A stretch of 63,622 nucleotides of DNA, counting the filler, from Octopus bimaculoides (lineage: Eukaryota), in NCBI RefSeq assembly GCF_001194135.2. It is 6 parts of 6 records of this genome, joined end to end, with 100 filler letters (N's around TTAATTAATTAA, not from the genome) between each part and the next. Parts side by side here need not be neighbours in the genome. Positions count along the whole stretch, not along the records: positions 1 to 28,744 come from NC_068987.1; 5 more parts are not named here. One strand, 5' to 3'. Below, piece after piece: positions 1 to 12,586 of this stretch. The notes below the pieces were generated by a model that saw only the letters and a list, made by a program, of their open reading frames with translations, was not told the DNA's origin and ran no database searches. How positions within the stretch are numbered: the stretch's first letter is position 1; each line of letters opens with the position of its first letter. Position numbers and translations under genes: made by a program.

Positions 1-712
1 TCCTGTCAGCATCCCATTCACAGATGACGTCTTCCAGCTCAGAAAATAGTGGTTGCCGACCTGATCCACACTTGCGATTCTTTGCATTTCCTTCGTTCAC
101 TTGTTGACTGAGTTTATCGTAGCCTACTCGCCATTTTCGAGCCATTCGGAGATCCAAATGCTTTTCTTTGTAGAAAACAGTAAGATGCTTGCCCAGTGAT
201 TCCTCCACGATTCTTTTTTTGTACTTGATGGAATAAATCTTTCTTCTTATACTCATCTTGTCTAGGGATAAAAATGACCCGACAAATGATTTCCCATTCA
301 ATTTCATTATGTTGTTTTCTGGGAGATTTTTGACTTGAAAGAAAATGTGGACTTTATTGTTTTTTGGCATCTACTGACCACTGCTGATCATTGATGAAAA
401 TGTTACGACACATTTGAAAGCTCCGACATGGGCTGTCGATTGATGCATAGCTTGCTAATATTTGAGTTACGAAAGAGACACCAGGATAGATTTTGTGACG
501 TCGTTATTTTTATCCGCCAAAAAGTTGTTTTGAACAGTGTATACACCGCAACAAAGCGGTTTGAATCAATATGAAGAGGCTGCTTATTTCTTTCGTCTGT
601 ATGCCGTTCTCAAGTAGGGCTTATTTTAAGGAAAGGGCTTGTAATAAAATCATCCTGGAAAATCATGCTGGGTCTTATTTTCTGGTTAGGTCTTATTTTC
701 GGGGAAACACTG
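1..712 (-). mobile_element. pogo/Tigger-type DNA transposon, 5' end (TIR plus transposase N-terminus), runs off the window
   Basis: Minus-strand frame from ATG at 256 is open to the window edge: MSIRRKIYSIKYKKRIVEES...GSGRQPLFSELEDVICEW, resembling the HTH/CENP-B N-terminus of pogo transposases. Terminus reads TA|CAGTGTTTCCCCGAAAATAAGACC on minus (TA at 713-714), with repeated GGTCTTATTT subterminal boxes at 671-697. Confidence 0.8.
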
Positions 713-980
713 TATTCGAAGCACACGCGCGCGCGCACATACACGTACATCAGTCCACTCAGGATTTTTGATATCATCTGCCAGGCCAACAATCGTCACC
801 CACTTTAATCGGATTGTACCACTCCCCACACACAACTGCCAATAGAGAACTACCAACAGAGATATATGCAAAGCTCTATCATTGGAATTTCAACATCAAC
901 AGGGTATTTTTGCATGTATGTATGTATGTATGTATGTATGTATGTATGTATGTATGTATGTGTATATGAATGTGTACACA

Positions 981-2137
981 CAGGGTGCGAGGGTTATTTA
1001 AAGAAACTTAATTATGACTCTCTTCAAACCAACTAAAAGTGTTTTTATTTATTTATTTATTTCAGATCTCTCATGGTGGACAAAATTCTAATTCAAGAAA
1101 TGAAAAGATTTGTAGTCGTTGTTGCTATATGTGCAAAACACAATGATTTAGAAATTGTCGACTTTCTAAATGTTGCAGGATCTTTTGTACGCAAAGTTCA
1201 CGTTCGGACACTATAAGGACGCTGCAATTCATCCAACAGGTTCAAAACATTATCGGTGATGATTCTGGAAGATCAACGAGGACCGTCGCCAAAAGCTTCA
1301 GTTGTCAGAGTTGAACACGAGAATTATGGTGCACAACATTAGACACAAGTCAAATGTACTTAGAAGAAACCAATTAAAGTCCACATAGGCACAAGAAGAC
1401 ATTTTGATTCGTGCCAAGCGATTACTTGACATGGTTGAAAACCTTCACGAACGTTGCATGGCTTAATTTTCTCATGAGAAAAACTTAGACGAAGGGGAAA
1501 AAAACTCTAACAAGAAAAATGAAAGAAGTTATGTGCTGATTGTTCTCATATCCCTAGAGTGATGTACACATTGTTTCCAGCAACTGTTATGGATACGCCA
1601 CTTCATATCATTCCACAGCGTTTTAGAATGAATATTGCTAAATACGTTGAAGTTCGGAGACTGTTGTCATACCTTGGATGGATGAAGTTCGTATTTGAAG
1701 GTTATACAAGTTTCAACAAGATTCGGCACATTCTCACAAAGCTTACGTATCTCAAGAATTGACGTCAGACGATCTTTACAGTCATGTAGCACCAAACTTC
1801 AAACTGCAAACTCACCAGATTTAAATGGTCTACTACGTTTGGAACATTATTGAAAGGGAGACTAATCGATATCCTCACAACATCATAACTTCCCTGTAGG
1901 CCGCCATTTTCCAGGTGATGCCTGAAATAAACAAGAACCATTTAGTGCAAGCATGTCAATAATTTCAGTACCGCATTGAAGCAGATATCAAAACAGAAAG
2001 TTGATTCATAGAATAATCTTATAAGAAAGCTTATTGAGAACACATGAGAAAATTTTATTAAAATGCATTTGGTTTTTGCTAGATTTGAATTGTTTTATTA
2101 AATTACTAAATATGTCCTCAAATATACCACGCGCTCG
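981..2137 (+). mobile_element. Decayed, internally deleted Tc1/mariner (maT/DD37D-like) transposon
   Basis: Frameshifted transposase pieces MKRFVVVVAICAKHNDLEIVDFLNVAGSFVRKV (from about 1100) and NSPDLN..YYVWNIIERETNRYPHN...ACQ*FQYRIEADIKTES*FIE* (about 1805-2015). Degenerate inverted ends near 981-1006 and 2112-2137. Confidence 0.75.
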
Positions 2138-2179
2138 AACAAATCAGTATAGATGACAATTTTGTTTTCAAACTGCAGG

Positions 2180-3221
2180 CGTTATACAGGGAAGCGAGGA
2201 AGAAAAGTATTGCTGTGAAGAAAGGTCTCATACAAGATCATGGTCTAAGATCAAGAAGGAAAAGAGATTTCAACCATGACGCCTCGTGACTAAATGTAGT
2301 TAGGACAACTGACGAACATTTCACTATAGCTATAAGTAAACTGCATAACGGAAAGGTATCTGGAAGAGGCCCAATAGTCGAATATTGGTATACGAGGCTG
2401 ACTTTTTACAGGCAGCCATTAATATGTATTTTCAAAAGGTGTATGGAAGATCAGATTGACATAATAAATTGTCTTGCTATAGTATTGACGAATCTTGAGG
2501 CCAACAATGAAGCTGCATGTTGACAGAAAACTATAGCCTCATTGCTTGCCAAACTTTATGCATTAACTGTACACAAGCTGCCTCAACAGGCTCCTCCAGG
2601 ATCATTGGGAGCCCAATAACATAGGGACTGATGAACAGGCAGGAGGAGGAAAGAGAAAGTGTGGGTATATGCCGAGCAGCTTTTGATAAACAAAGCTGTG
2701 CTGTTTGAAGTAAGAAAACACTGCATAAGCTTTGTGACAGTATGGTTTGATTATAGGAATATATTCAACTCTGTTCCCCAAATCTTTGCCCTTGAAAAAA
2801 GTTCTCACTACCTTAGTTGAGCCACTGAAAGGCTCACAAAGACTTGGGAAACAATCGTCACATTTATAACTGAGAAGAAAGGATCGTCTCTGTGGTTATG
2901 TATATTTCAATATGAATATTCCTGGGAGCTAGTCTTTATGTAATTCTATTTATTTTTGCATTAAAGGGATTATTATTTCTGTTACAAAACTCCAATGGCT
3001 ACATGCTAGGTCTATTGTTGCTAGAGATACCAGTGTAAATCATAATTTCTTCGTGGATGACTTAAAGATCTATGCTAAAAATATTAACAATGCCACAAAA
3101 CAGTTGGCGTTAATAGCAACATTTTCTGTTGACATGGGAATCGGATTTGGCCAAAAGAAATGTTCATATTTGATTATGAACGTGCAAAACTAGTCCCCTA
3201 AACCTCAAACCTGTGCATCAA

Positions 3222-3225
<4 letters not shown>
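2180..3225 (+). mobile_element. Dong/R4-type non-LTR retrotransposon RT fragment (pseudogenised)
   Basis: Broken RT motifs: DEQAG...EQLLINKAVLFEVRKH...WFDYRNIFNSVP (about 2630-2780) and VNHNFFVDDLKIYAKN...DMGIGFGQKKCSY (about 3035-3170). Confidence 0.8.
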
Positions 3226-3293
<68 letters not shown>

Positions 3294-3449
3294 TTCTCTC
3301 TCTTGTTTCACGCAAAGAATGCTACAAATACATCGGCATTGTAATATTCCCGTGCCACTCTATCCTTATTCACGGTAACTTCGTATAATATGTTTTAAGA
3401 TGAGTTTTCATCAATGCTGAGGATGGAAGAATCAATTATGTTAGCCTGA

Positions 3450-3530
3450 GAGCGATAAAACTCAAAGTCGACTTCGGCAGGATTCGAACTCAGAATGATG
3501 AGTTACGCAATTGAATAACACACGTTCTAC
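3450..3530 (-). mobile_element. tRNA-derived SINE fragment
   Basis: Minus strand has a B-box (GAGTTCGAATCC) followed by GCCGAAGTCGACTTT, homologous to 45150-45324. Confidence 0.55.
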
Positions 3531-4600
3531 TGATTTTTCTCCTCTATAACTGTCTTTAGTGTTACAGACGTGAAGTTTAGAGAACAATTGTTGTAAAAAC
3601 AAAAATGTGGAGGAGAGCTGAATAGAATGAATTAATTTGTAAAGAATCGAGTCGAATAACGGTGTCTCTTATTGTTTTGTCTACCTGGAAACACTGAGAG
3701 CAATAAAGTATGTATAAAGCATAAATAAAGTACATTTCTTGTTATAGTGTGAATTTAGATTCTTTTTATCGATTTTTTATCAAGCTGATAGAAGATCTCT
3801 TTCGAAGGCAAGGATATGAATCTTTTTTGATTGAATACAAAGATAAACACTACATATTTTAATGATGAAGATATGGGAAAATTATGCATTTTCATCTGTG
3901 GCAAAAGGCCGTAGATTTTTGCGGCTAGTGTTTGGTTTCTGCAGTTTGATTTAGTCGGCCCCATTATTCGATTGGTACTTGTTGATCGATACTGTAAGAA
4001 AGAAAGAAAGAANNNNNNNNNNNNNNNNNNNNNNNNNNNNNNNNNNNNNNNNNNNNNNNNNNNNNNNNNNNNNNNNNNNNNNNNNNNNNNNNNNNNNNNN
4101 NNNNNNNNNNNNNNNNNNNNNNNNNNNNNNNNNNNNNNNNNNNNNNNNNNNNNNNNNNNNNNNNNNNNNNNNNNNNNNNNNNNNNNNNNNNNNNNNNNNN
4201 NNNNNNNNNNNNNNNNNNNNNNNNNNNNNNNNNNNNNNNNNNNNNNNNNNNNNNNNNNNNNNNNNNNNNNNNNNNNNNNNNNNNNNNNNNNNNNNNNNNN
4301 NNNNNNNNNNNNNNNNNNNNNNNNNNNNNNNNNNNNNNNNNNNNNNNNNNNNNNNNNNNNNNNNNNNNNNNNNNNNNNNNNNNNNNNNNNNNNNNNNNNN
4401 NNNNNNNNNNNNNNNNNNNNNNNNNNNNNNNNNNNNNNNNNNNNNNNNNNNNNNNNNNNNNNNNNNNNNNNNNNNNNNNNNNNNNNNNNNNNNNNNNNNN
4501 NNNNNNNNNNNNNNNNNNNNNNNNNNNNNNNNNNNNNNNNNNNNNNNNNNNNNNNNNNNNNNNNNNNNNNNNNNNNNNNNNNNNNNNNNNNNNNNNNNNN

Positions 4601-4663
<63 letters not shown>

Positions 4664-5269
4664 TTATTTCATCTGCTTTCCTGTTTTCTATTCGCTTGTT
4701 ATTCTTCTTCTTCTCTCCCTCCTCCTCCTCCTTTTCATTCCATCTATTGTGATTCTCTTGATTTAATTATCTTTCCTCGTCTACTGTTTCCCTCTCCTTC
4801 TCTTATTCCTCCCTAAACTTCCAATCATCTTACCTTACCTTCGCCTTCTCCTCTCTTGTTTTACTCATTCTCTTGCTCTCATCCTTTCTTATCTTCTTGT
4901 TTTTTTTCTCATTCTCATCCTATCACCCTCTCTTAACTTTACCTTCTTCCTTTTTCGTCCTCCTACTCTCTTTCACCTTCATCTGCTCCACTCATACTTT
5001 CACCTCCTCCCCCTTCTCATTTCTTTCTTCTCCGCCATCCTTTGTTTCCCCACCTTTTCTCTTCTATTATTCTCGTTGTATCACACGGTGACCAAGACAA
5101 CGTTTAAAGCATTACGTTGCCAAGCAACGTTCTCTCATGTTCACCAGAGTGGAGAGAGGCCCGTACATAAAGGGTTTACAGAGGTTGTAAGATGTTCCTT
5201 AGTGGCTGAGTGCTGGGCTTTTGGGTGGCAGTGGTGATAGAGAAATTTTCACATTCTCATCAGCGCTTG

Positions 5270-5450
5270 TCACACAGTTATTGTTGTTTAACCCCAGGCC
5301 TGCTTTGCTCAGACAAATGACCTATAATCGATGATCATCGCATTGCCCATGACATTCTAGTTTTTAAGGCAGAAGCCTGTAATTTGAAGGGATTTTTATT
5401 GCTATTTCTCGCACTGTAAACGACCGCATGCATACATGATATGCATCTTT
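5270..5450 (+). mobile_element. SINE body fragment
   Basis: TGTTTAACCCCAGG...CCTGTAATTTGAAGGGA...GCTATTTCT. Related inverted pieces at about 21560-21775 and 52470-52560. Confidence 0.45.
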
Positions 5451-6139
5451 GGATCGAAACTGCAAATTTGGGGAGCGGTTAACAGAGAGAGAGAGAGAAA
5501 GAGAGAGAGAGTGAATGAGTAAGTGAATGAGTGAGTGAGAGAATGATATATATATATATATATATATNNNNNNNNNNNNNNNNNNNNNNNNNNNNNNNNN
5601 NNNNNNNNNNNNNNNNNNNNNNNNNNNNNNNNNNNNNNNNNNNNNNNNNNNNNNNNNNNNNNNNNNNNNNNNNNNNNNNNNNNNNNNNNNNNNNNNNNNN
5701 NNNNNNNNNNNNNNNNNNNNNNNNNNNNNNNNNNNNNNNNNNNNNNNNNNNNNNNNNNNNNNNNNNNNNNNNNNNNNNNNNNNNNNNNNNNNNNNNNNNN
5801 NNNNNNNNNNNNNNNNNNNNNNNNNNNNNNNNNNNNNNNNNNNNNNNNNNNNNNNNNNNNNNNNNNNNNNNNNNNNNNNNNNNNNNNNNNNNNNNNNNNN
5901 NNNNNNNNNNNNNNNNNNNNNNNNNNNNNNNNNNNNNNNNNNNNNNNNNNNNNNNNNNNNNNNNNNNNNNNNNNNNNNNNNNNNNNNNNNNNNNNNNNNN
6001 NNNNNNNNNNNNNNNNNNNNNNNNNNNNNNNNNNNNNNNNNNNNNNNNNNNNNNNNNNNNNNNNNNNNNNNNNNNNNNNNNNNNNNNNNNNNNNNNNNNN
6101 NNNNNNNNNTAATTTATATATATATATATATATATATAT

Positions 6140-6461
6140 GTGCGGAGGTGCAATGGCTCAGACCGAGCGTTGTGAGTGTTTATTGAGCGAAAACACCTAA
6201 AGCTCCACAAGGCTCCAGCAGGGGTTGGTGGCGAACCCTGCTGTACTCTTTCACCACAACTTTCTCTCCCTCTTCTTCTTTCTGTATTTCAAATTGGCCA
6301 GCCTTGTCACACTCTGTGTCACGCTGAATTTCCCCGAGAACTACGTTAAGGGTACACGTGTCTGTGGAGTGCTCAGCCACTTGCACGTTAATTTCATGAG
6401 CAGGCTGTTTTGTTGATCAGATCAACTGGAACACTCATCGTCGTAACCGACGAAGTGCCAC
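6140..6461 (+). mobile_element. tRNA-derived SINE (head partly deleted)
   Basis: Shares the body GAGTGCTCAGCCACTTGCACGTTAATTTCATGAGCAGG...GATCAACTGGAACACTCATCG with 14408-14682 and, inverted, with 57700-57945. Confidence 0.8.
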
Positions 6462-6545
6462 GATGATATATATATATATATCGTTTGTAGAAATACATAA
6501 ATCCGGGGGGTGAAGCACACTCTATACTTCCCCCTCCATATTTTA

Positions 6546-6641
6546 AAGGGGGCCAGCAGTGTTTGGGGTCTGAAGATACGCCGTAAGGCTAAACCCCTCA
6601 TGAGTGAGAAACCCAGGGTAACCTCATAAACCGGCCCCCAT
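6546..6641. mobile_element. About 100-bp MITE-like element
   Basis: TA-flanked short inverted ends (GGGGGCCAG ... CCGGCCCCC). A homologous copy lies in the opposite orientation at 62612-62706 (shared GGTTACCCTGGGTTTC). Confidence 0.5.
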
Positions 6642-6655
6642 TATATATGCATATA

Positions 6656-6983
6656 TCTATATATATAAAGATGAGAATGTGTGTCTGTCTGTCTCTCTGT
6701 ATGTCTGTGTGCATCCCTAAAACTTGGGAACTACACAACCAATTTCCTTCAAATCTTACACATGTCTTACTTAGGGTCCATGTAGTGTCATAGGCCATTT
6801 TTTTTTAAACTTCTTGCCTAGTGCGAACCCAGAGCAATATCATATCTCCTCCACTATTTCAGAATTACGTATCAAACGTGAAACAATAACATCTCTCTAT
6901 TGTAATGTCAGATATTTTCACTTTAATAGTTTCACTTTTATACTGAAACTATTAAAGTGAAACTATTATCTCGCATATATACA

Positions 6984-7016
<33 letters not shown>

Positions 7017-7340
7017 CTATATATAAAGATGAGAATGTGTGTCTGTGTGTCTGTCTGTCTGTGCGTCTGTGTGCATCCCTAAAACTTGAGAACTACACAA
7101 CCAATTTCATTCAAATTTTAGACATGCTTTACTTAGGGTCCATGTAGAGTCATAGGCCAATAAAAACTTTTTAACTTCTTGCCTAGTGCGAGCCCAGAGC
7201 AATATCATATCTCCTCCACTACTTCAGTATTACGTGTCAAAAGTGAAACAATAACATCTCTCTAGTGTAATGTAAGATATTTTCACTTTAATAGTTTCAC
7301 TTTTATACTGAAACTATTAAAATGAAACTATTATCTCACA
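6656..7340 (+). mobile_element. Two tandem non-autonomous Helitron-like 5' segments (360-bp period)
   Basis: Both copies (6656 and 7016) begin A|TCTATATAT..AAAGATGAGAATG, then (GTCT)n, then AACTACACAACCAATTT, the layout of Lep1-like animal Helitron 5' ends. About 90% identical by eye. No CTAG 3' end is seen before the gap. Confidence 0.6.
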
Positions 7341-8269
7341 TATATACATACATATATATAATATATATANNNNNNNNNNNNNNNNNNNNNNNNNNNNNNN
7401 NNNNNNNNNNNNNNNNNNNNNNNNNNNNNNNNNNNNNNNNNNNNNNNNNNNNNNNNNNNNNNNNNNNNNNNNNNNNNNNNNNNNNNNNNNNNNNNNNNNN
7501 NNNNNNNNNNNNNNNNNNNNNNNNNNNNNNNNNNNNNNNNNNNNNNNNNNNNNNNNNNNNNNNNNNNNNNNNNNNNNNNNNNNNNNNNNNNNNNNNNNNN
7601 NNNNNNTATATATATATATATGGGCGTGGCACATTAGTTAAGAGCTTGTACTGTCAGTTGGTTAATAGAAGTAGTGAGCTAGTAGGAGAGAGGAAGAGAG
7701 AAGGGGTAGTAGGTAGAGAGGGAGAGAGCTGAGAGAAAAAGAAAATTAGCTGCTGACTCACTTGAAATAGGTCTCTGTAACTCCAGAACAGATAGAATAA
7801 AACACACACACACACACACACACATGAGCACACATGCATGTTGCATGTGTTGTATAATGCTTCAACGACTTTCTGTCTCAAACACTGAACGCCAGGTGTC
7901 CCATAAGTAAGACACGTGGTTCATTAACATGGCGGTAATCTTATCCTGCTACCTAGTTTAACACAACCTGATCCATGGGTTTCTTTGAGCTTTGATGCAA
8001 GCATTCGGACTAGACTTCTGGTAAGGACTTATCGCACAGAGACCAGATATGTTGGCTAAACTCATTGCATGAGTCTCCTTTTCTAACATTCATCAATTCT
8101 GATCCAGTCTAAACGCAACACATCTCTTCTTACTCGCGTACACTCCACTTATTTAATCCTCATCAAGAAGTAAATTGTTCAGGTTTCATCTACATTTCAT
8201 CTCCAGTGTCCTGGTTACATATTTTATTATTTAAACTTCATTATCTACGTATATGCAGATTCCACTTTC

Positions 8270-8536
8270 CCTGTCACAAACATTATTCCAGCGACGAGGA
8301 AGTGAAAACTGTAGTGAAGAAGTGGTTCAAAGAACAATCAACAGAATTTTACGGGGCAAGGATACATGCTCTCATTCGAAGGTGGAACATTGCTATTGAG
8401 AGAAACGGTGACTATGTTGAGAAGTAAGGATATGATCCACAGAGGACCAGCTTCATTTTGATGTATGATACATGTTTCTGTGTTGGTAATTATACCTGTC
8501 CTAAACAAAATGGCGTTGCTTTTTGACTCACCCACG
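8270..8536 (+). mobile_element. mariner transposon 3' end
   Basis: C-terminus KHYSSDEEVKTVVKKWFKEQSTEFYGARIHALIRRWNIAIERNGDYVEK* (stop at 8427), then terminal CTTTTTGACTCACCCACG|TA. Confidence 0.85.
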
Positions 8537-8627
8537 TAAATACACATCTGCATATGCGTACATAATCACACATTCACACGCTCGCACATACATGCGCGCT
8601 CTCTCTCCTCCCCCACACACATACACG

Positions 8628-8706
<79 letters not shown>

Positions 8707-9076
8707 TTAACATGTAACCGAGTTTCTCTAAGGCTGGTTTTGTTAGCCACTCAAGAATACATGGATCAAAGAAAGCAACCATACATTTAGTACTTGAAAG
8801 AACAAACGTTTGCTACTCATATAATAAACGATGCCTTTCTATCGGTGATCTGAAAACACATATTTGCTCACAACGCTTAATGTCATAATTTTGCATTGCA
8901 TTTAACCGAGAAGAGACATGCCAGAGATGTATCAAAAGTTTATTGAAAGCTCCATCATGAGCTGGCCTAAAGATGTCTTCGCTTTGCAACACATTAACAA
9001 GCAATGGTCATACACGCTACCGAGTCAACGGACTATGATGATGATGATGATGAAGATAACCATCGTCATCATCATC

Positions 9077-9108
<32 letters not shown>

Positions 9109-10264
9109 CATCACTATCCTCCTCCTTTTCGTCCCTTTCACCTTCTCCTCCGCCTCTCTTTCCCCTCCTCCCCCTCCTCCCATTCCCCTCCCATTCCCCC
9201 CTAACTCTCACCATTTCTTCCACCTCCCCTTCCTCCTCCTCCTTTTCCTCCTTTTCACTTTCCTCCTTTTCACTTTCCTCCTCCTTTTCCTCCTTNNNNN
9301 NNNNNNNNNNNNNNNNNNNNNNNNNNNNNNNNNNNNNNNNNNNNNNNNNNNNNNNNNNNNNNNNNNNNNNNNNNNNNNNNNNNNNNNNNNNNNNNNNNNN
9401 NNNNNNNNNNNNNNNNNNNNNNNNNNNNNNNNNNNNNNNNNNNNNNNNNNNNNNNNNNNNNNNNNNNNNNNNNNNNNNNNNNNNNNNNNNNNNNNNNNNN
9501 NNNNNNNNNNNNNNNNNNNNNNNNNNNNNNNNNNNNNNNNNNNNNNNNNNNNNNNNNNNNNNNNNNNNNNNNNNNNNNNNNNNNNNNNNNNNNNNNNNNN
9601 NNNNNNNNNNNNNNNNNNNNNNNNNNNNNNNNNNNNNNNNNNNNNNNNNNNNNNNNNNNNNNNNNNNNNNNNNNNNNNNNNNNNNNNNNNNNNNNNNNNN
9701 NNNNNNNNNNNNNNNNNNNNNNNNNNNNNNNNNNNNNNNNNNNNNNNNNNNNNNNNNNNNNNNNNNNNNNNNNNNNNNNNNNNNNNNNNNNNNNNNNNNN
9801 NNNNNNNNNNNNNNNNNNNNNNNNNNNNNNNNNNNNNNNNNNNNNNNNNNNNNNNNNNNNNNNNNNNNNNNNNNNNNNNNNNNNNNNNNNNNNNNNNNNN
9901 NNNNNNNNNNNNNNNNNNNNNNNNNNNNNNNNNNNNNNNNNNNNNNNNNNNNNNNNNNNNNNNNNNNNNNNNNNNNNNNNNNNNNNNNNNNNNNNNNNNN
10001 NNNNNNNNNNNNNNNNNNNNNNNNNNNNNNNNNNNNNNNNNNNNNNNNNNNNNNNNNNNNNNNNNNNNNNNNNNNNNNNNNNNNNNNNNNNNNNNNNNNN
10101 NNNNNNNNNNNNNNNNNNNNNNNNNNNNNNNNNNNNNNNNNNNNNNNNNNNNNNNNNNNNNNNNNNNNNNNNNNNNNNNNNNNNNNNNNNNNNNNNNNNN
10201 NNNNNNNNNNNNNNNNNNNNNNNNNNNNNNNNNNNNNNNNNNNNNNNNNNNNNNNNNNNNNNNN

Positions 10265-10309
<45 letters not shown>

Positions 10310-11119
10310 CATAAATACATACATACATACATACATACATATATTTACATGCGTATATATATGTAATGCATAAACGCATACACATACATACACACACATA
10401 TGCGTATACGTATATAGATATATGTATGCACATGATTGGAGGAAAACAAACGATAATTACTTAGTGAAGTGTAAAATGCAATATACATTCATACATACAT
10501 GTCTTCAGGTGCATTTGTGCATACGAAAATACATCCACGTATACTTATATCCATGCATATACTCACGCACATATACCTCAAACGTGTATCTACGTGTCTG
10601 ATTGCACATAAGGGCAAATAGGTGTAAAGAGACATGTACATACATGTAGAGAATGTATGCACCTGTGTATGTATGCACGCATGTAAGGATATGTACTGAA
10701 ACGTCGGTACGTTTTCATGTATTCATATATGCATGTATGTATGTATGAGAATACAGATGCATGTGTTTCTATATTTGCACATGTATGTCTGTATGTATGA
10801 AAATATATATGCGTGTATGCACATAAGTACATATGCATATATCTCCCACAAACATGTTTGGGTGTGCAAAAAAGTGCACAGGGGTATCTAGGAACATGCA
10901 CCTAATATTATTATTGTTGTTGTTGCTGTTGAGCTTGCTTTTGTTGTTGTTGAAGATAATGCAAAGACAGACAAAGCGTGAAGATTATATATAATGAAAT
11001 AATAGGTATACAATAAACAAAGAAGAGAAGTATACATACTATACAACAGTAAAAAGAAAAGGGCAATAGTGATATGGTTCTTCTGATGCAGAAGGACCTC
11101 TACTGACAATAGAGGAAAC

Positions 11120-12385
11120 CCATCATCCCAGATCTATCTGAACACTAAAGGTGAGTGCCCTCTCCAGTTCCATTCCTCCAGTTCATAGGTCTTCAGTTGG
11201 AACGATACCATCCACTCTTGCCATTTTTACAACTTTCACCCACCTTTCAATAAATTTGCTCAATGACCACAATTCTCTCTCTATTTTCACTTTCACTTTT
11301 AAGTAAAACTTGAAAAAGTCGATGAGAGATCTACATAGGAGGACAGTCTCCGTACTCAGCCTTTCACCAGACAACCACTTTCGCCTCGTCCACCAGACAT
11401 CCACTTTCGCAATCGCTACTCGACAAAGGAAAATGGCCTTACTATCCCCATTAAAGGAGAGTGACGGGGTAATCATTACTGTGCATTCGGCCGACAGACG
11501 AATCTGTCCCACTCGCACCAATAACTGTTCGACAAAATTCCACAAGTCAGCAATACTCGGAAATTGAACGAGTGCGTGTAGAACGGTTTCGTTACTCTGC
11601 GCACATCTCGGATAAGTCTATCTGACAGCACAACCGTACTTGCAGAGTCTATCTTGAACCGGTAGCGCCCCTCAGTAGCACTTCTGGAAACTAACAACTG
11701 TAGTCCCTGACCAGAAAGTCTTTCAAAATAGCAATTCGTTTTCACCAACGCCCAAATCTCCTCAAGAATGTCGCCTCACCTCCCATCCAGTAATCTTCTG
11801 TATGTTGCTCGAGTGGAACATCCACCGACCTCATTTCCCGACTGGTAGAGGGCTGTGTGCTCTTGATGATACACTAGGTACCAGGCGCCCAATCTCGGTC
11901 TTTNNNNNNNNNNNNNNNNNNNNNNNNNNNNNNNNNNNNNNNNNNNNNNNNNNNNNNNNNNNNNNNNNNNNNNNNNNNNNNNNNNNNNNNNNNNNNNNNN
12001 NNNNNNGGAAATTGAACGAGTGCGTGTAGAACGGTTTCGTTACTCTGCGCACATCTCGTAGTTTAACTGGTCTGTCAGTCAAGAGTCCAACGACGCCGTT
12101 CGACGGCATCGACCTGCCTCTCCAGGGGCCCAGTCGCAAGCCTACCGACTTGTAGGCGTTGATCTTAGCCCCTACCACTGACACGTATTCGTATAGAATT
12201 GATTCGACCGTCACCATTTCGGACGTGTCCGACACCAAGACAGTGACATCATCTGCGTACGCCGACAACACACTCCTGGATTCCAGTTCTAATAGGATAT
12301 CCCTCAACTGTTCCAACGTCCGCAGCAATGACTCGAGAGTCAGCACGTACAAAAGAAGCGAGAGTGGGAAGTCCTGACGGACGGA
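11120..12385 (-). mobile_element. Tx1/L1-type LINE ORF2 fragments
   Basis: RT segment RSVRQDFPLSLLLYVLTLE...SAYADDVTVLV...GAKINAYKSVG (ORF 11831-12352) and C-terminal LWNFVEQLL...VAIAKVDVWWTR (ORF 11183-11545). Rearranged across the gap. Confidence 0.8.
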
Positions 12386-12464
12386 GCGTGTTATGTATGC
12401 TAAACGTTTCTGATTGATGACCGCTTACTTTACTACCGAGCAGGTAACACTGTGCATTGCAACG

Positions 12465-12586
12465 ATCCAGCAACGTGAAATGAAGTGTATTGCTCATAAA
12501 CACAACGCATCGCTCGGTCCAGGAATCGAAACCACAATCTTATGATCATGAGTCTAACATCCTAACCACTAAGCCACGTGTCTCCA
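12465..12586 (-). mobile_element. tRNA-derived SINE head
   Basis: A-box TGGCTTAGTGG and B-box GTTTCGATTCC on minus. Same family as 18530-18830 and 63240-63345. Confidence 0.85.

Noticed and set aside
7870-8080. Possible Tc1 catalytic-domain relic on minus
   Set aside because: Only a vague PWI..QD resemblance with stops in every frame.
8750-9030. Frame MPEMYQKFIESSIMSWPKDVFAL.. as an exon or Tc1 C-terminus
   Set aside because: No splice signals and no diagnostic motif; it runs into microsatellite.
12465-12586. tRNA-gene-like A and B boxes (also 18700-18830 and 63240-63345)
   Set aside because: They continue into shared SINE bodies and lack a complete cloverleaf, so they are SINE heads.
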